NCBI GenBank assembly: GCA_016719575.1
Contig: JADJYV010000008.1
Coordinates: 15,440 to 79,439, forward strand
Direction: 5' to 3'
Length of the DNA: 64,000 nt
DNA from: Pseudobdellovibrionaceae bacterium
GTDB lineage: Bacteria; Bdellovibrionota; Bdellovibrionia; Bdellovibrionales; Bdellovibrionaceae
The notes beneath the pieces were generated by a model. That model was not told the DNA's origin, did no database searches, and saw only the letters and a program-made list of their open reading frames with translations. Shown here one piece after another: positions 28,673 through 38,324 of this stretch; position 1 is the first letter of the stretch, and each line of letters opens with the position of its first letter. Position numbers and translations under genes: made by a program.

Positions 28673-29873
28673 CAATCGAGGGATGGCCCTCATAATGGCG
28701 ATCACGACAGTTGTTTTGATTAGTTGGATTGCCATGGAGGTTTCCTACGACTCCTTAGTTGAATACAATGTGAACTCGGCCTCTCTCAATCGGCTCAAAG
28801 CCTATTACGCTGCTCGTTCAGGGGTTGAACTGAGCTTATTAAGAATAAAAACATATCAGCAAGCTCAAGCACAATTTGGCAAGCAACTTGGATCTGCTTC
28901 GGGTATGTTGGACCAAATTTGGAAGTTTCCTTTCGCCTGGCCGGTGCCTGTTCCTCCGGACCTCAATGCTATCGATAAGGATGCAATCAACAAGGCTGTC
29001 AAAGAATCGGTGATGGATGCTGCCTACACAGTCACCATCGACGATGAAGGGTCTAAAATTGATCTCAATGATTTAGTTTCTCCATCCAAGGCCCTCAGAG
29101 AGGCCGCACGCCGCCGACTTTTGCAAATCTTCGAGGGTAAATTAAAAAGCGATGAGACCTTTCAGAAAAAGTACGGAGGTTTTGCTTTTGAGGAGTTGAT
29201 AAATGCCATTGCAGACTGGCAAACAGACAAGCGAGGCAGCGTCGGCGGAAGCGGCGATAAACGAGGGGCTTACCGAGATTATCCCGAAAAATTTCCTCCC
29301 AATCGCGCCTTCCGGACTCTGCAAGAGGTTCGCATGGTGCCAGGCATGGTCGAAGACTTTTTTGAAATTTTAGAGCCCTCGATCACTATCTATGGAATGA
29401 AAGCCATCAACCCTAACCAAACGACTAAAGAAGTTCTAAAGAGCTTGGACGCAGGCATCACTGATGAAATTGCCGAAGAAATTCTCAAGCGACGAAACGA
29501 CACAAACGCAGGTGGTCCCTTTAAAAACAAGGACGATTTCTGGGGCTTTGTTGTGCAAAAAGGAGCTCGCCTTGGAGACAAGGCCGAAGAAACTCCTTTG
29601 ATATTCGATAAGGTTTTCAATTTTCGCATTCGAAGCATCGGCGAATTTGCGGGGGCTTCGCGGGAACTTGATGTTGTTGTAATGGATCTTCAAAATGTAG
29701 CCACAACTCTGAAGGACTACATCGAAAAAGAAAAACAGCAGGAGCAACAAAACAACAATCCGAACCAAAATCCGCAAAATAAACCTGCGAGTGGTCAACA
29801 AAACCCAGCCCAAGGTCAGACCCCTCCGCTTCCCAAAGGCCCTCCGCGGATTGTATACTGGGGCGAGCGTTAA
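28632..29873 (+). CDS. gspK: Type II secretion minor pseudopilin GspK
   Basis: ...NNNRGMALIMAITTVVLISWIAMEV is a GspK-type N-terminus lacking the Glu at +5. The body is large, with a Q/N/P-rich tail. The start is uncertain (28617, 28632 or 28638). Confidence 0.72.
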   Translation: MPMRTPVALKLLNNNRGMALIMAITTVVLISWIAMEVSYDSLVEYNVNSASLNRLKAYYAARSGVELSLLRIKTYQQAQAQFGKQLGSASGMLDQIWKFPFAWPVPVPPDLNAIDKDAINKAVKESVMDAAYTVTIDDEGSKIDLNDLVSPSKALREAARRRLLQIFEGKLKSDETFQKKYGGFAFEELINAIADWQTDKRGSVGGSGDKRGAYRDYPEKFPPNRAFRTLQEVRMVPGMVEDFFEILEPSITIYGMKAINPNQTTKEVLKSLDAGITDEIAEEILKRRNDTNAGGPFKNKDDFWGFVVQKGARLGDKAEETPLIFDKVFNFRIRSIGEFAGASRELDVVVMDLQNVATTLKDYIEKEKQQEQQNNNPNQNPQNKPASGQQNPAQGQTPPLPKGPPRIVYWGER

Positions 29874-29891
29874 ATCGACAAAGGGCGGGAC

Positions 29892-31559
29892 ATGAGATCT
29901 ATCGGAATTGATATCGGCAGTAGTAGCATCAAAGTTGTCGAAGTCTTATCAACCAAAAGAGGCTTTCAAGTCACTCAATGCCAAGAAAGACCCTTAGGCC
30001 TGAACCCCGCACATGACTCCGAAATTGAAGTCATTGAATTTTTAAGAGAGCTTTCTTCTAAATTTGACCCGGCCCACACTCGGTACTGCTTCTGCCTCCG
30101 ACAGGATCAGGTCAGTGTTCGCCACAAAGCATTTCCGTTTAGCGATCGTCTCAAGATTCTTAAAAGTTTGCCTTTTGAACTCGAAGAAGAAATCCCTTTC
30201 TCTGCAGAAAACTCTATCTTCGACGCAAAGATTATTCGCACGGTGGGCCCCACTGCCGAAGTGTTAGCTTGCGCTGCCCCCAAACATCACATTCGAACTT
30301 TATTACAGCGCTGCGCAGATGCCGGCATTGATCCCGTCATTGTATCTTCAGAGGGAACCGCCTTCGCGAATATCTATGAACGTTGGGATGAACCCCCGCC
30401 GGCTCTTCCTGCGGAGTTAATTTTACAGGACAGCCAACCGAAAACAGAGCGCCATGTTCAATTGATTCTAAATATTGGTCACACCAGAACTTTGGTTTGT
30501 GCTTTTGAAGACAAATCCTTGATTGGTGTTCGCACCATTTTATGGGGGGCTAAGAATGTCGCCGACAGCGTCGCACGCAAGTATGAAATCCCCTATTTAG
30601 ATGCAATGAAGGAGACGCAAGCAAAGGCCTTTATTTTAACAAACAAACAAGGCGCCACCTTTGACCAGATCACTTTTTCCGAGACAATTTCGAAAGCTGT
30701 TCGAGAAATGGTCAGGGATTTGCAGCTCTCGATTCTTGAGTTTAAAAGTGAGTTCAATGCAAGTATTGTTCAGATCGGCCTTACCGGAGGTGCCTCCGGC
30801 ATTAAAAACCTTGGTCCCTTCCTCACTCAGCAATTAGAAATTCCTGTAAACAAAACGTCTCCTCTAGATTTGATTCCAAATGTCCTCTTTGAACGAAATG
30901 CTAAAAATGACTCTATCTACGGCCTGGCAATCGGCCTTGCTATCGAAGGTCTCAAAAAGCCCCGCAACCCCGCCATTAACTTTCTTCGCAATGAATTTGC
31001 AAAACAGAACAATTCTATGCGCAATCTATGGGACAAGTGGGGTCCCACTGCTCGAGTTGCGATTGCGGCCCTTGTGATCTTTTTTGGTTACTCTCTCATT
31101 CGCGAGGGATTCACATTGGCATTGGCAGAGCGAGCCGATGAGGCCCTAAGAACTCAGGCCAAAAACGTTGCAAAATTGAGTGCGAGCAAGGCGACAGATA
31201 CCAATATAAAAAAATACATTCGCGAAAATAAGAAGCGGGCTTCTGATCTTAAGACTTTGGCAAACGTAGCCGCCATGAACTCAGCCATGGATATCCTAAA
31301 AAAAATTAACGACACCACTCCTGCAAAAAACATTCTGACTCTCGATGTGAAAGGCGTACAAATCAAAGACTCACAGGTCTCAATTTCTGGGTACGTCAAC
31401 AGCCCGAACGAAGCAAACGCTCTTCGTCTTGCCCTCGTTAATATGGCCATAGACGGCCGAGTGACAAGTCAGCCAACAACGATGGCGACGATGAGTGGCA
31501 AAACTAGTTTTTCATTTAATTTCAAAGTTGATCGCGGCATCACAAAAAGTATTCAATAG
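29892..31559 (+). CDS. gspL: Type II secretion assembly protein GspL (PilM-like actin-fold N-domain, TM segment, periplasmic domain)
   Basis: 555 aa. MRSIGIDIGSSSIKVVEV is a sugar-kinase/actin-fold phosphate-1 motif. A central TM helix (VAIAALVIFFGYSLI) is present. Its position between gspK and gspM supports the call. Confidence 0.7.
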   Translation: MRSIGIDIGSSSIKVVEVLSTKRGFQVTQCQERPLGLNPAHDSEIEVIEFLRELSSKFDPAHTRYCFCLRQDQVSVRHKAFPFSDRLKILKSLPFELEEEIPFSAENSIFDAKIIRTVGPTAEVLACAAPKHHIRTLLQRCADAGIDPVIVSSEGTAFANIYERWDEPPPALPAELILQDSQPKTERHVQLILNIGHTRTLVCAFEDKSLIGVRTILWGAKNVADSVARKYEIPYLDAMKETQAKAFILTNKQGATFDQITFSETISKAVREMVRDLQLSILEFKSEFNASIVQIGLTGGASGIKNLGPFLTQQLEIPVNKTSPLDLIPNVLFERNAKNDSIYGLAIGLAIEGLKKPRNPAINFLRNEFAKQNNSMRNLWDKWGPTARVAIAALVIFFGYSLIREGFTLALAERADEALRTQAKNVAKLSASKATDTNIKKYIRENKKRASDLKTLANVAAMNSAMDILKKINDTTPAKNILTLDVKGVQIKDSQVSISGYVNSPNEANALRLALVNMAIDGRVTSQPTTMATMSGKTSFSFNFKVDRGITKSIQ

Positions 31560-31567
31560 GTGGCAAC

Positions 31568-32245
31568 ATGAATTTGGACGACATAAAAGACAACTTCAAA
31601 TCACAGTTTAGCCAAATTTTCGCTCGCATTGAAGAGAGTTCTTTCTATAACCAAATGAAAGATCGCTTTGAAAACCTCTCCCCTACTAACCAAAAACTCA
31701 CCCTCATGGCAGCGGGAATGTTTGCGGCCCTCTTTGTTATCTCTATCCCCTATTCTTACTACTCCACTTCCGATGATTATATTTTCGAATTCGAAGAAAA
31801 ACGACATCTGATACGAGAACTCTTAAAAGTCAGTCGCGAGTCTTCTGAGGTCCCAGACATTCCGACCGCACCCAGTGGAGATACTTTACGCAGCACAATT
31901 GAAAATCAGCTTAGAATGGCAAACCTCTTGCCCGAACAGATGAGAGGTCTTGATGTCACATCTGCAGAGACTAGCCTTGTGCCCAAAAATCTTCTCGAAA
32001 CGGGTTTGCGTGTTAGCCTTGCAAAGCTGAACCTTCGTCAAATTGTCGATATCGGCTACAACATCCAAAACATCAGCTCTAGCGTTAAAATGAATGACGT
32101 TCTTATTTCAGCAAACAACGAAGATCCACAGTATTTTGATGTCGAATTTAAGCTATTCACTCTTGCCGTCCCACGTTTTGATAGAGAATCACCACCTGAA
32201 GAAAAACCCAAATCAAAAATGCCCTTCAATAGAGGAGATCGTTAA
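31568..32245 (+). CDS. gspM: Type II secretion protein GspM-like
   Basis: 225 aa with a single TM helix (LTLMAAGMFAALFVISIP), assigned by position in the cluster. Confidence 0.55.
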   Translation: MNLDDIKDNFKSQFSQIFARIEESSFYNQMKDRFENLSPTNQKLTLMAAGMFAALFVISIPYSYYSTSDDYIFEFEEKRHLIRELLKVSRESSEVPDIPTAPSGDTLRSTIENQLRMANLLPEQMRGLDVTSAETSLVPKNLLETGLRVSLAKLNLRQIVDIGYNIQNISSSVKMNDVLISANNEDPQYFDVEFKLFTLAVPRFDRESPPEEKPKSKMPFNRGDR

Positions 32246-33210
32246 TGCCAACTTTAAAAAAGGTCATTAGCGCTCTGCTTAATTCAAAACTGAAAATCCT
32301 AGTGATGTTTTTTTCCGCGCTGGTTTTTCTATTTGTTCTCTTTCCATTCAATGACTTGGGAGATCTTGTTTCCTCACAAGTCTCTCGCCTGACTGCAAAT
32401 AGATTATTTTTACAATTTGAAGAATTGAAAATGTCTCTTTTTCCAACCCCAGGAGTGAAGTTTGAGCAAGTCTATGTAGAAGCCGCCGGTTTATCTGGTG
32501 TCTCGGCTAAAGAAATCAAATTTGCTCCCTCTATTTCGGGAATAATTGCGCAAAAACCCTATGGATCCGTAAACGCAAAAGGACTTTTCAAGGGCGACGT
32601 GCTCATCAGTGTTAAATCTGGCTCGCGAACTGAGGCTGGTCTCGAGAGACAAAAACTTGAAATCAGCGCACAAAAAATTAGCCTGCAAGACCTTCACGAC
32701 ATGACCCGTTTGCCAGTGATGATGAAAGGAAACTTAAACTTAGAAACTATTGCCATGGTTGACTTGACTCTGTCGGAGCAACCCGATGTCGATGTAAATT
32801 TAAGTGTTTCGCAATTCGAATTGCCACCTGCGAATGTCATGACACCAATGGGTCCCCTCACGATGCCAGACCTAAGACTTTCGAGTATCGAAATCAAGGG
32901 ACGACTCGCCGGTGGCAAGCTTATCATCGAAAGTGGCCAAATTGGCAAAGATGGCGATGAATTGCGAGGGACTGTCTCTGGAAATTTAGATCTTTCTCTA
33001 ACCAATGTTGGAGGCGCAATAACTCCGATACTGGGAGGCTATGATTTCAAATTGGATTTGCGCGCAAAAAGAAATTTTCAAGATCGAGCCGCCCTTTTCT
33101 TATCTTTTATAGATAACTATAAAACCGCCACTCCCGATGGCGCTCAATTCAAATTTCGAGTTTCTGCCGCAAGCACAATGATTCCACCTACAATAGGCGC
33201 CGCGCGTTAG
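32245..33210 (+). CDS. gspN: Type II secretion protein GspN-like
   Basis: 321 aa with an N-terminal TM helix. TAATG overlap with gspM. It is the last gene of the cluster. Confidence 0.55.
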   Translation: MPTLKKVISALLNSKLKILVMFFSALVFLFVLFPFNDLGDLVSSQVSRLTANRLFLQFEELKMSLFPTPGVKFEQVYVEAAGLSGVSAKEIKFAPSISGIIAQKPYGSVNAKGLFKGDVLISVKSGSRTEAGLERQKLEISAQKISLQDLHDMTRLPVMMKGNLNLETIAMVDLTLSEQPDVDVNLSVSQFELPPANVMTPMGPLTMPDLRLSSIEIKGRLAGGKLIIESGQIGKDGDELRGTVSGNLDLSLTNVGGAITPILGGYDFKLDLRAKRNFQDRAALFLSFIDNYKTATPDGAQFKFRVSAASTMIPPTIGAAR

Positions 33211-33392
33211 TACGATTGCTGGAATAAAGTTTCGTTTTTTGGATACCGCTCCTCGCTATTTTAATAAGGCCTCAGAATCACCATGGTTCTCTCTTTGCTT
33301 AATTGCCAGGCAAAGTGGGAAGCTTTTTGAAGTCTTTATTGACAAGGCTCCCTCTAACTACAAAAACAATAGTGTCTATCATGGGAGGGACT

Positions 33393-33836
33393 ATGTCTGG
33401 TGTAAATAAAGTGATTATCGTCGGCCGCTTGGGTGCTGATCCTGAAGTAAAGGCTGTTGGGCAGGGCAGCACGGTGACTCGCCTGAATGTTGCGACAAGC
33501 GAAAGCTGGATGGGAAAAGATGGCCAAAAACAAGAACGTACAGAGTGGCACCGTATTGTTGTTTGGGGCAAACTAGCAGAAATTTGCGGCAAACACCTAA
33601 GCAAGGGCCGACAGGTTTACATTGAGGGACGTTTGCAAACTCGTCAGTGGGAAGACCAGCAAGGGCAAAAAAAATACACGACTGAAATTGTCGCTAACAC
33701 TGTTCAATTCTTAGGTTCTGCTGGTGAGCGCACAACTGATAACAGTTCCAAGGCATCCTCTAGCGCCGAAGATTTTGGCTTCCAAGATTTTGGACCAGAA
33801 CCTAGCTTCAACACAAACGACGACATTCCTTTTTAG
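33393..33836 (+). CDS. ssb: Single-stranded DNA-binding protein
   Basis: 147 aa from the ATG at 33393, preceded by [27 protein letters not shown] is an OB-fold N-terminus. A Gly/Gln-rich linker and the acidic tail NDDIPF follow. Confidence 0.95.
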   Translation: MSGVNKVIIVGRLGADPEVKAVGQGSTVTRLNVATSESWMGKDGQKQERTEWHRIVVWGKLAEICGKHLSKGRQVYIEGRLQTRQWEDQQGQKKYTTEIVANTVQFLGSAGERTTDNSSKASSSAEDFGFQDFGPEPSFNTNDDIPF

Positions 33837-33875
33837 GACTTTCGAACATTTTTTTTATAAAAGTCCTCTTTTTAC
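33835..33875 (+). terminator. Candidate terminator after ssb
   Basis: aggacttt (33835-33842) pairs with aaagtcct (33860-33867), followed by ctttttac. The loop is long (17 nt), so this is only moderately convincing. Confidence 0.35.
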
Positions 33876-33895
33876 TAAATCGGACTTTTATTCTG

Positions 33896-34318
33896 ATGAT
33901 GAATAGGCATAGAATTCCCTCTATGCCTCGTTTTTTTATACTTTTATATCTAGCCAGCCTATTACCCGCCTGTTCGGTTTATAGCTCGGCTGGCCGCAAA
34001 CAATTCGAAGAAAAAGCACCAAGCAATATCCTCCAGCCCTTTGCTTTTCTTGGCTGTCGCGAGCTTAGTTTCAGCGAGACCTGGCTAAAAGAAGAATTCC
34101 CTTCGACAACAAGTGAGCTGATAGACATGACTCCCAACTACGAGGTATGGCTTAGGCTGGTTAAAAACTCCTCGGTAGAAATCACTGTCTTATCAAGGCA
34201 AGACCCTAGCGACCAGAGCAGTGGCACTCAGAGCTGCCTTTATGAGTTTTCTTCAACTGCGGAGTGGAAGTCTCACAAGAAATCATTTCTTTCAGATTTA
34301 TCTAACTCTCTTTACTAA
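33896..34318 (+). CDS. Hypothetical lipoprotein
   Basis: 140 aa with a signal peptide carrying a lipobox (LASLLPAC). Confidence 0.5.
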   Translation: MMNRHRIPSMPRFFILLYLASLLPACSVYSSAGRKQFEEKAPSNILQPFAFLGCRELSFSETWLKEEFPSTTSELIDMTPNYEVWLRLVKNSSVEITVLSRQDPSDQSSGTQSCLYEFSSTAEWKSHKKSFLSDLSNSLY

Positions 34319-34401
34319 CTCGACCGAAGTCAGTAGCTTCGTTGCCATGGCTCTATTTATGTTGGACACTGTAGGCAAGTTTTCAACGGGAGCTTTCACG
34401 C

Positions 34402-35292
34402 ATGAAAAGTTTAAAGAAGTCCTTAGTCTTTCTTATTCTTGTTATATCCAATTCGGTTTTTGCAGCTTCCGTCACTGCTGTCAAAAATAATAAAATTGCA
34501 ATTAATCTTGAAGGACAAACCGCCTCACCAGGGACTGAGTTTTTTGTCGTCAATAAAAGCAGTAAAAAAGTTGCCATCGTCCAAATCACCCAAGTAAAGG
34601 GCGATAAAGCTATTGCAGAAATTAAAAAAGGCTCAGCACAAGTAGGATACTCTCTTCAGCCACGCAGTGGCGGGACCAGTTCTGGAGCTGCTACTGCTAG
34701 CACTGATAGCTACTATGATCAGAAGCTCAACTCTCGGGCACACACTGGAAACTCCTTCGGTCTTGTGGGTGGATATCTAATGAATTCCATGACGGCAACA
34801 TTCACCGGGGGACCTCTTGGGGCTCCCTACCCCGTTACGGCAAGCATGTCTGGATCTGGCTTTGGCGCTTTAGGTTTTTATGATTACGCGCTTTCCCCGA
34901 GATTTATCCTACGGGGTATGGGCGGTGTTGAGCAGTTTGATGTCGCCGGATCCATCTCAACGGCAGACTGCTCCGCAACATCAACGTGTAACGTTAAGTT
35001 GATGTATCTCTCGATGTATGGATACGGTCGCTACAATGTCACCGAGGGTGATTACAAGTGGTGGGTTGGGGGTGGCTACGGCTATCTCTATGCCCTGAGC
35101 AAAGCCAGTACCGTTCTAAGAGCAGAACAAATTTCGGCCAACCAGATTTTTGTCTTCTCAACAGGTATAGATATCCGTCTCTCCACAAAAAGCTACGTCC
35201 CCGTCTCGATAGAGTACGGCATGTTCCCGACTTCTGACTCCGTAAAAGCTTCGATCATTTATCTCCGTGCGGGCTATGCTTGGAATCTTTAA
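34402..35292 (+). CDS. Putative outer-membrane beta-barrel protein
   Basis: 296 aa with signal peptide MKSLKKSLVFLILVISNSVFA/AS. The C-terminal half alternates aromatic and Gly residues (GGGYGYLYAL..., YLRAGYAWNL). Confidence 0.6.
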   Translation: MKSLKKSLVFLILVISNSVFAASVTAVKNNKIAINLEGQTASPGTEFFVVNKSSKKVAIVQITQVKGDKAIAEIKKGSAQVGYSLQPRSGGTSSGAATASTDSYYDQKLNSRAHTGNSFGLVGGYLMNSMTATFTGGPLGAPYPVTASMSGSGFGALGFYDYALSPRFILRGMGGVEQFDVAGSISTADCSATSTCNVKLMYLSMYGYGRYNVTEGDYKWWVGGGYGYLYALSKASTVLRAEQISANQIFVFSTGIDIRLSTKSYVPVSIEYGMFPTSDSVKASIIYLRAGYAWNL

Positions 35293-35576
35293 TCGCAAAC
35301 GGTTTTTTTCGCTTGATAAGCTCTGCTCAAATAGCTCGGCAATTCTGAGAGTTTGATAACTTTATCGATGAGGGGTACTTTAGGGCAGGCCTCATCATAA
35401 GGTTTAGGATTCGGCTTATGATGATAACGATCTCGGTGTGCCATTTGGAGGCGAACATGAGGGTTCATACCAAAATCGCCAGCGACCACAACGTAAGCAC
35501 CTTGAAGAGAACGCTCTGACGAAAATATCAACATCGGCGGTTTAAATTCACTTTTGCCTTCTACAACTTGCACCAT
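35289..35576 (-). CDS. Hypothetical protein, probably the C-terminal part of the preceding frameshifted gene
   Basis: This 95 aa ORF overlaps the previous one by 16 nt. Its frame stays open upstream through ...FEYPPPPGVGNEWHAYNTIST, before its first Met. Confidence 0.35.
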   Translation of the reverse strand: MVQVVEGKSEFKPPMLIFSSERSLQGAYVVVAGDFGMNPHVRLQMAHRDRYHHKPNPKPYDEACPKVPLIDKVIKLSELPSYLSRAYQAKKTVCD

Positions 35577-36154
35577 AGTTGAAATAGTGTTGTAAGCATG
35601 CCACTCATTCCCAACTCCCGGCGGGGGAGGATATTCAAATTGACGGATGGCATTTCAAACAATGAAAAATCAAACTTGGTCTTATCAAGAACCTTTTGAT
35701 CCAAAAGATAATAGACATTTTCATCTGAAATTCTGAAAACGCGGTAGAATCCGCCTTTCTCTGTCACCAAGGCAATTCTAAAGGAATAGCGATTTAGATT
35801 TTTACTTTCCAAAAATTGCATGTCGGGCACAACAAAAACGCCATTCTTATCTAATTTCCCTCTAAACATTTTCTGTCCACAGTCTATGGTTGAATAGTTC
35901 GGTTCTCCACCCCAAATCTGACCGAGAGAAGGTGAGCTGGTGGGCTGAATACAGCGAAGGCTTACTTCTACCAAAAGATCTTCACTCGAAAAAGAATTTG
36001 AATAGTTATGAATAACAACTTGAAATGATTTTTTAGCAACTTTGCCCTGGCGTTCATTTTCAAACGAATTCAAACTGTTGATCTCTTCTGAAAAACATTG
36101 CAGAGAAAACAGTCCAATTGCAAAGAACAACATATACAATTTCATACAAAACAT
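35561..36154 (-). CDS. Hypothetical secreted protein, probably the N-terminal part of a frameshifted gene
   Basis: 197 aa with a signal peptide (MKLYMLFFAIGLFSLQCFS). The adjacent ORF's frame is open back to a C5 run, so the two may be a single gene (see findings). Confidence 0.5.
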   Translation of the reverse strand: MFCMKLYMLFFAIGLFSLQCFSEEINSLNSFENERQGKVAKKSFQVVIHNYSNSFSSEDLLVEVSLRCIQPTSSPSLGQIWGGEPNYSTIDCGQKMFRGKLDKNGVFVVPDMQFLESKNLNRYSFRIALVTEKGGFYRVFRISDENVYYLLDQKVLDKTKFDFSLFEMPSVNLNILPRRELGMSGMLTTLFQLWCKL

Positions 36155-36514
36155 TTCCCTTTTTGGTTTTTAAGTAAAATCAATCCACCTGATTGACAAT
36201 GCTATACCTATGCCACCTTGAAACTAATTTATTTTAAGATGAGGCCACCGTGAGTGCCTAAGTTCTTTACATGTGATGCTCGTGTTTGTCTAACCTTTCA
36301 AAATATCATGAATTTTCTACCTCGATATGGCTTCGATTTTTGAGGGAATCTGGGCCAAGAATTGCTTACCGCCCAAAACTTTGACAGCGTAGACGTAATA
36401 ATTTCGTTTCTATCCTGGTCTCCGGATTGCTGATCTAGTCGTTATGGATTCCGTAAAATTGGAATAAAGGGAAATCAATCCCACCAAATTCACGGCCTTA
36501 CAGGAGACACTGTT

Positions 36515-37713
36515 ATGACTATTTATAGACTTGTTCTAGCAGCATCACTTTTAGCCGCCCCTTTTTCGACATTTGCCTCTGCACAATTGAAATGTCACGA
36601 GGCTTTCCAGGTTGGGAATAAAAGCTATAAAGATTACCTTCGACCGGTCCCAGAGGATGATTTTGTTGTTTATATGCGGTCCAATCCTGCCGGAAGTCTT
36701 GCGTGGTTCAATGAAAAGATTATGCCGAATTTAGCTTCTGCTGAATTGAATTCCATTGCGAAGAAACAAGGTTACATTGGCGGCGATGTTAAGCCGGACA
36801 ACGTAGATATGGTTAGCACAAAGGCAAAAAATCCATCGCTGTGATCGATTTGGATGACGGAGGTGTTGGACCCTTTGTTGCCGATTTTTTTCATTCCTTG
36901 GTATACAACCGGGTTTGGCCGGTTTCAATCAAGTTCAAAGATGCAGTGGATGCCTATCAAGATGGATTAAAAGGAAAAAAACTTCGTGATATCGTTGATC
37001 TTAATGATATTTGGAAAGAACGCAGCGATGAGAAAATAAACCACGAAAAAATGGAAAAGTCCGAAAAGGATTTCTTAGAAATGCTGAAACTAACTTCCGT
37101 GAAGGAGGCCGAACCCAATGTTCGGGCTCTTTTCGAGCGCAACAAAAAACTCATTCTGAAAAAAGCCGAATCATTTGGTGACATTGTGCATTTTGGCGTC
37201 CGGGTTAAAACGAGTGGCGGCAGCATGGGTGCTCCCCGATTTTCATTCTTAGTAAAAGATTCCAATAAGGAACTTAAAATTATTGAATTTAAATTCCAGC
37301 CTAGCCCGGCGGTCGCTGCCCTCGGAACCGCCCAACCCCCCCACACCGAAAGAATAAAGAATTTAATAAGGCATTATAAACCTCAACACGAGACTGGAAA
37401 TATTCTCGGTGTATTAGATACAAAACAAGACGGAACTTTTCTTATCCGTGTCAGGGTGCCATCTAATTTTGATGCTGCAAGCATTCCTAAATCTCAAAAA
37501 GACACCGAGGCCTATGACTCTTATATACGCCACATGTTCCATATGATGGGGAATGCTCACGCTCGTCAAAGTCCCGAGTATGTAAGAGAATTCAACGACA
37601 ATCTTCATAAGATTGAAGGCGAACTTGAAGCCCTCGTCGAAGAGCAAGTAAATCTATTTAGATCGGAATTCGAAGCTTCAAAAGCCAAAGCTCTTGTGGG
37701 CCCCGCTCGTTAA
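36515..37713 (+). pseudogene. DUF2252-like secreted protein split by a frameshift
   Basis: ORF 36515-36844 ends ...YIGGDVKPDNVDMVSTKAKNPSL*. ORF 36841-37713 begins (V)IDLDDGGVGPFVADFFHSL. Together they resemble the remembered DUF2252 core GD.H..N.G...(n)...FD.NDFDE...GP..WD. Adding one A to the A6 run at 36826-36831 fuses them into about 399 aa. Confidence 0.55.
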
Positions 37714-37798
37714 TTTTTATTAAAATTAACGCTACGGGCTCTTCGTATCGAAAATTTAGTTTGGAATATAAGTAAGCGACTGGTAAGAGTTGATTTAT

Positions 37799-38324
37799 AT
37801 GGATTCACACTACTACAAGGTTATGAAAGCCCGCGAAGACATTAAAGAAACTGGAAGTCGATTGTATTTTGCATACTCTGGAGTTCTTGATCGAAATGCC
37901 TTTGAACAATGGCGACAAGAACATAGCTATCACTTTTTTGAACTTCCAGAGGGCGACATCGCGGTTGCACGCGATTATGATTTGATTTTTGATTTTCCGT
38001 CCCGATGGTGGGGCGGCAGAGTGGCCGGGCTCGTCCAGAAAAAGGGATCCTCCGTCTTTGGCCGCCTTTATGAAGTCCCTGTTGAAAACTGGCCTGTCGT
38101 TCAACACAAAGAGGGTGTCATCACCGGCATGTCCATAGAACTTAAAATAAAAAATTGAAGTAGAGGGCAAAGAGGTTGAGGCCTTCGCCTTTACCACATC
38201 ACCTGAGCGAGCAAACACCACTGGTCCCGTTAGCGAGCGTTACATTGAAGCATTGATCGCTGGCGCAAAACAAGCCGGACTTCCAGAAGATTACGTCAAT
38301 AGTTTACGCTCAAAGGCAGTTTAA
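37799..38324 (+). pseudogene. Gamma-glutamylcyclotransferase/AIG2-like protein split by a frameshift
   Basis: The ORF ending at 38158 contains LYFAYSGVL...GRLYEVPVENWPVVQHKEG. The next frame continues (I)EVEGKEVEAFAFTTSPERANTTGPVSERYIEALIAGAKQAGLPEDYVNSLRSKAV*, ending at 38324. Removing one A from the A6 run at 38149-38154 joins them. The start is uncertain (37790, 37799 or 37823). Confidence 0.6.

Noticed and set aside
36155-36514. A 360-bp intergenic region between divergent genes, examined for an ncRNA or riboswitch. It contains the near-repeat aaatcaatccacc / aaatcaatcccacc at about 36178 and about 36472.
   Set aside because: No convincing conserved structure, terminator or known riboswitch core is visible by eye. 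It is most simply a divergent promoter region.
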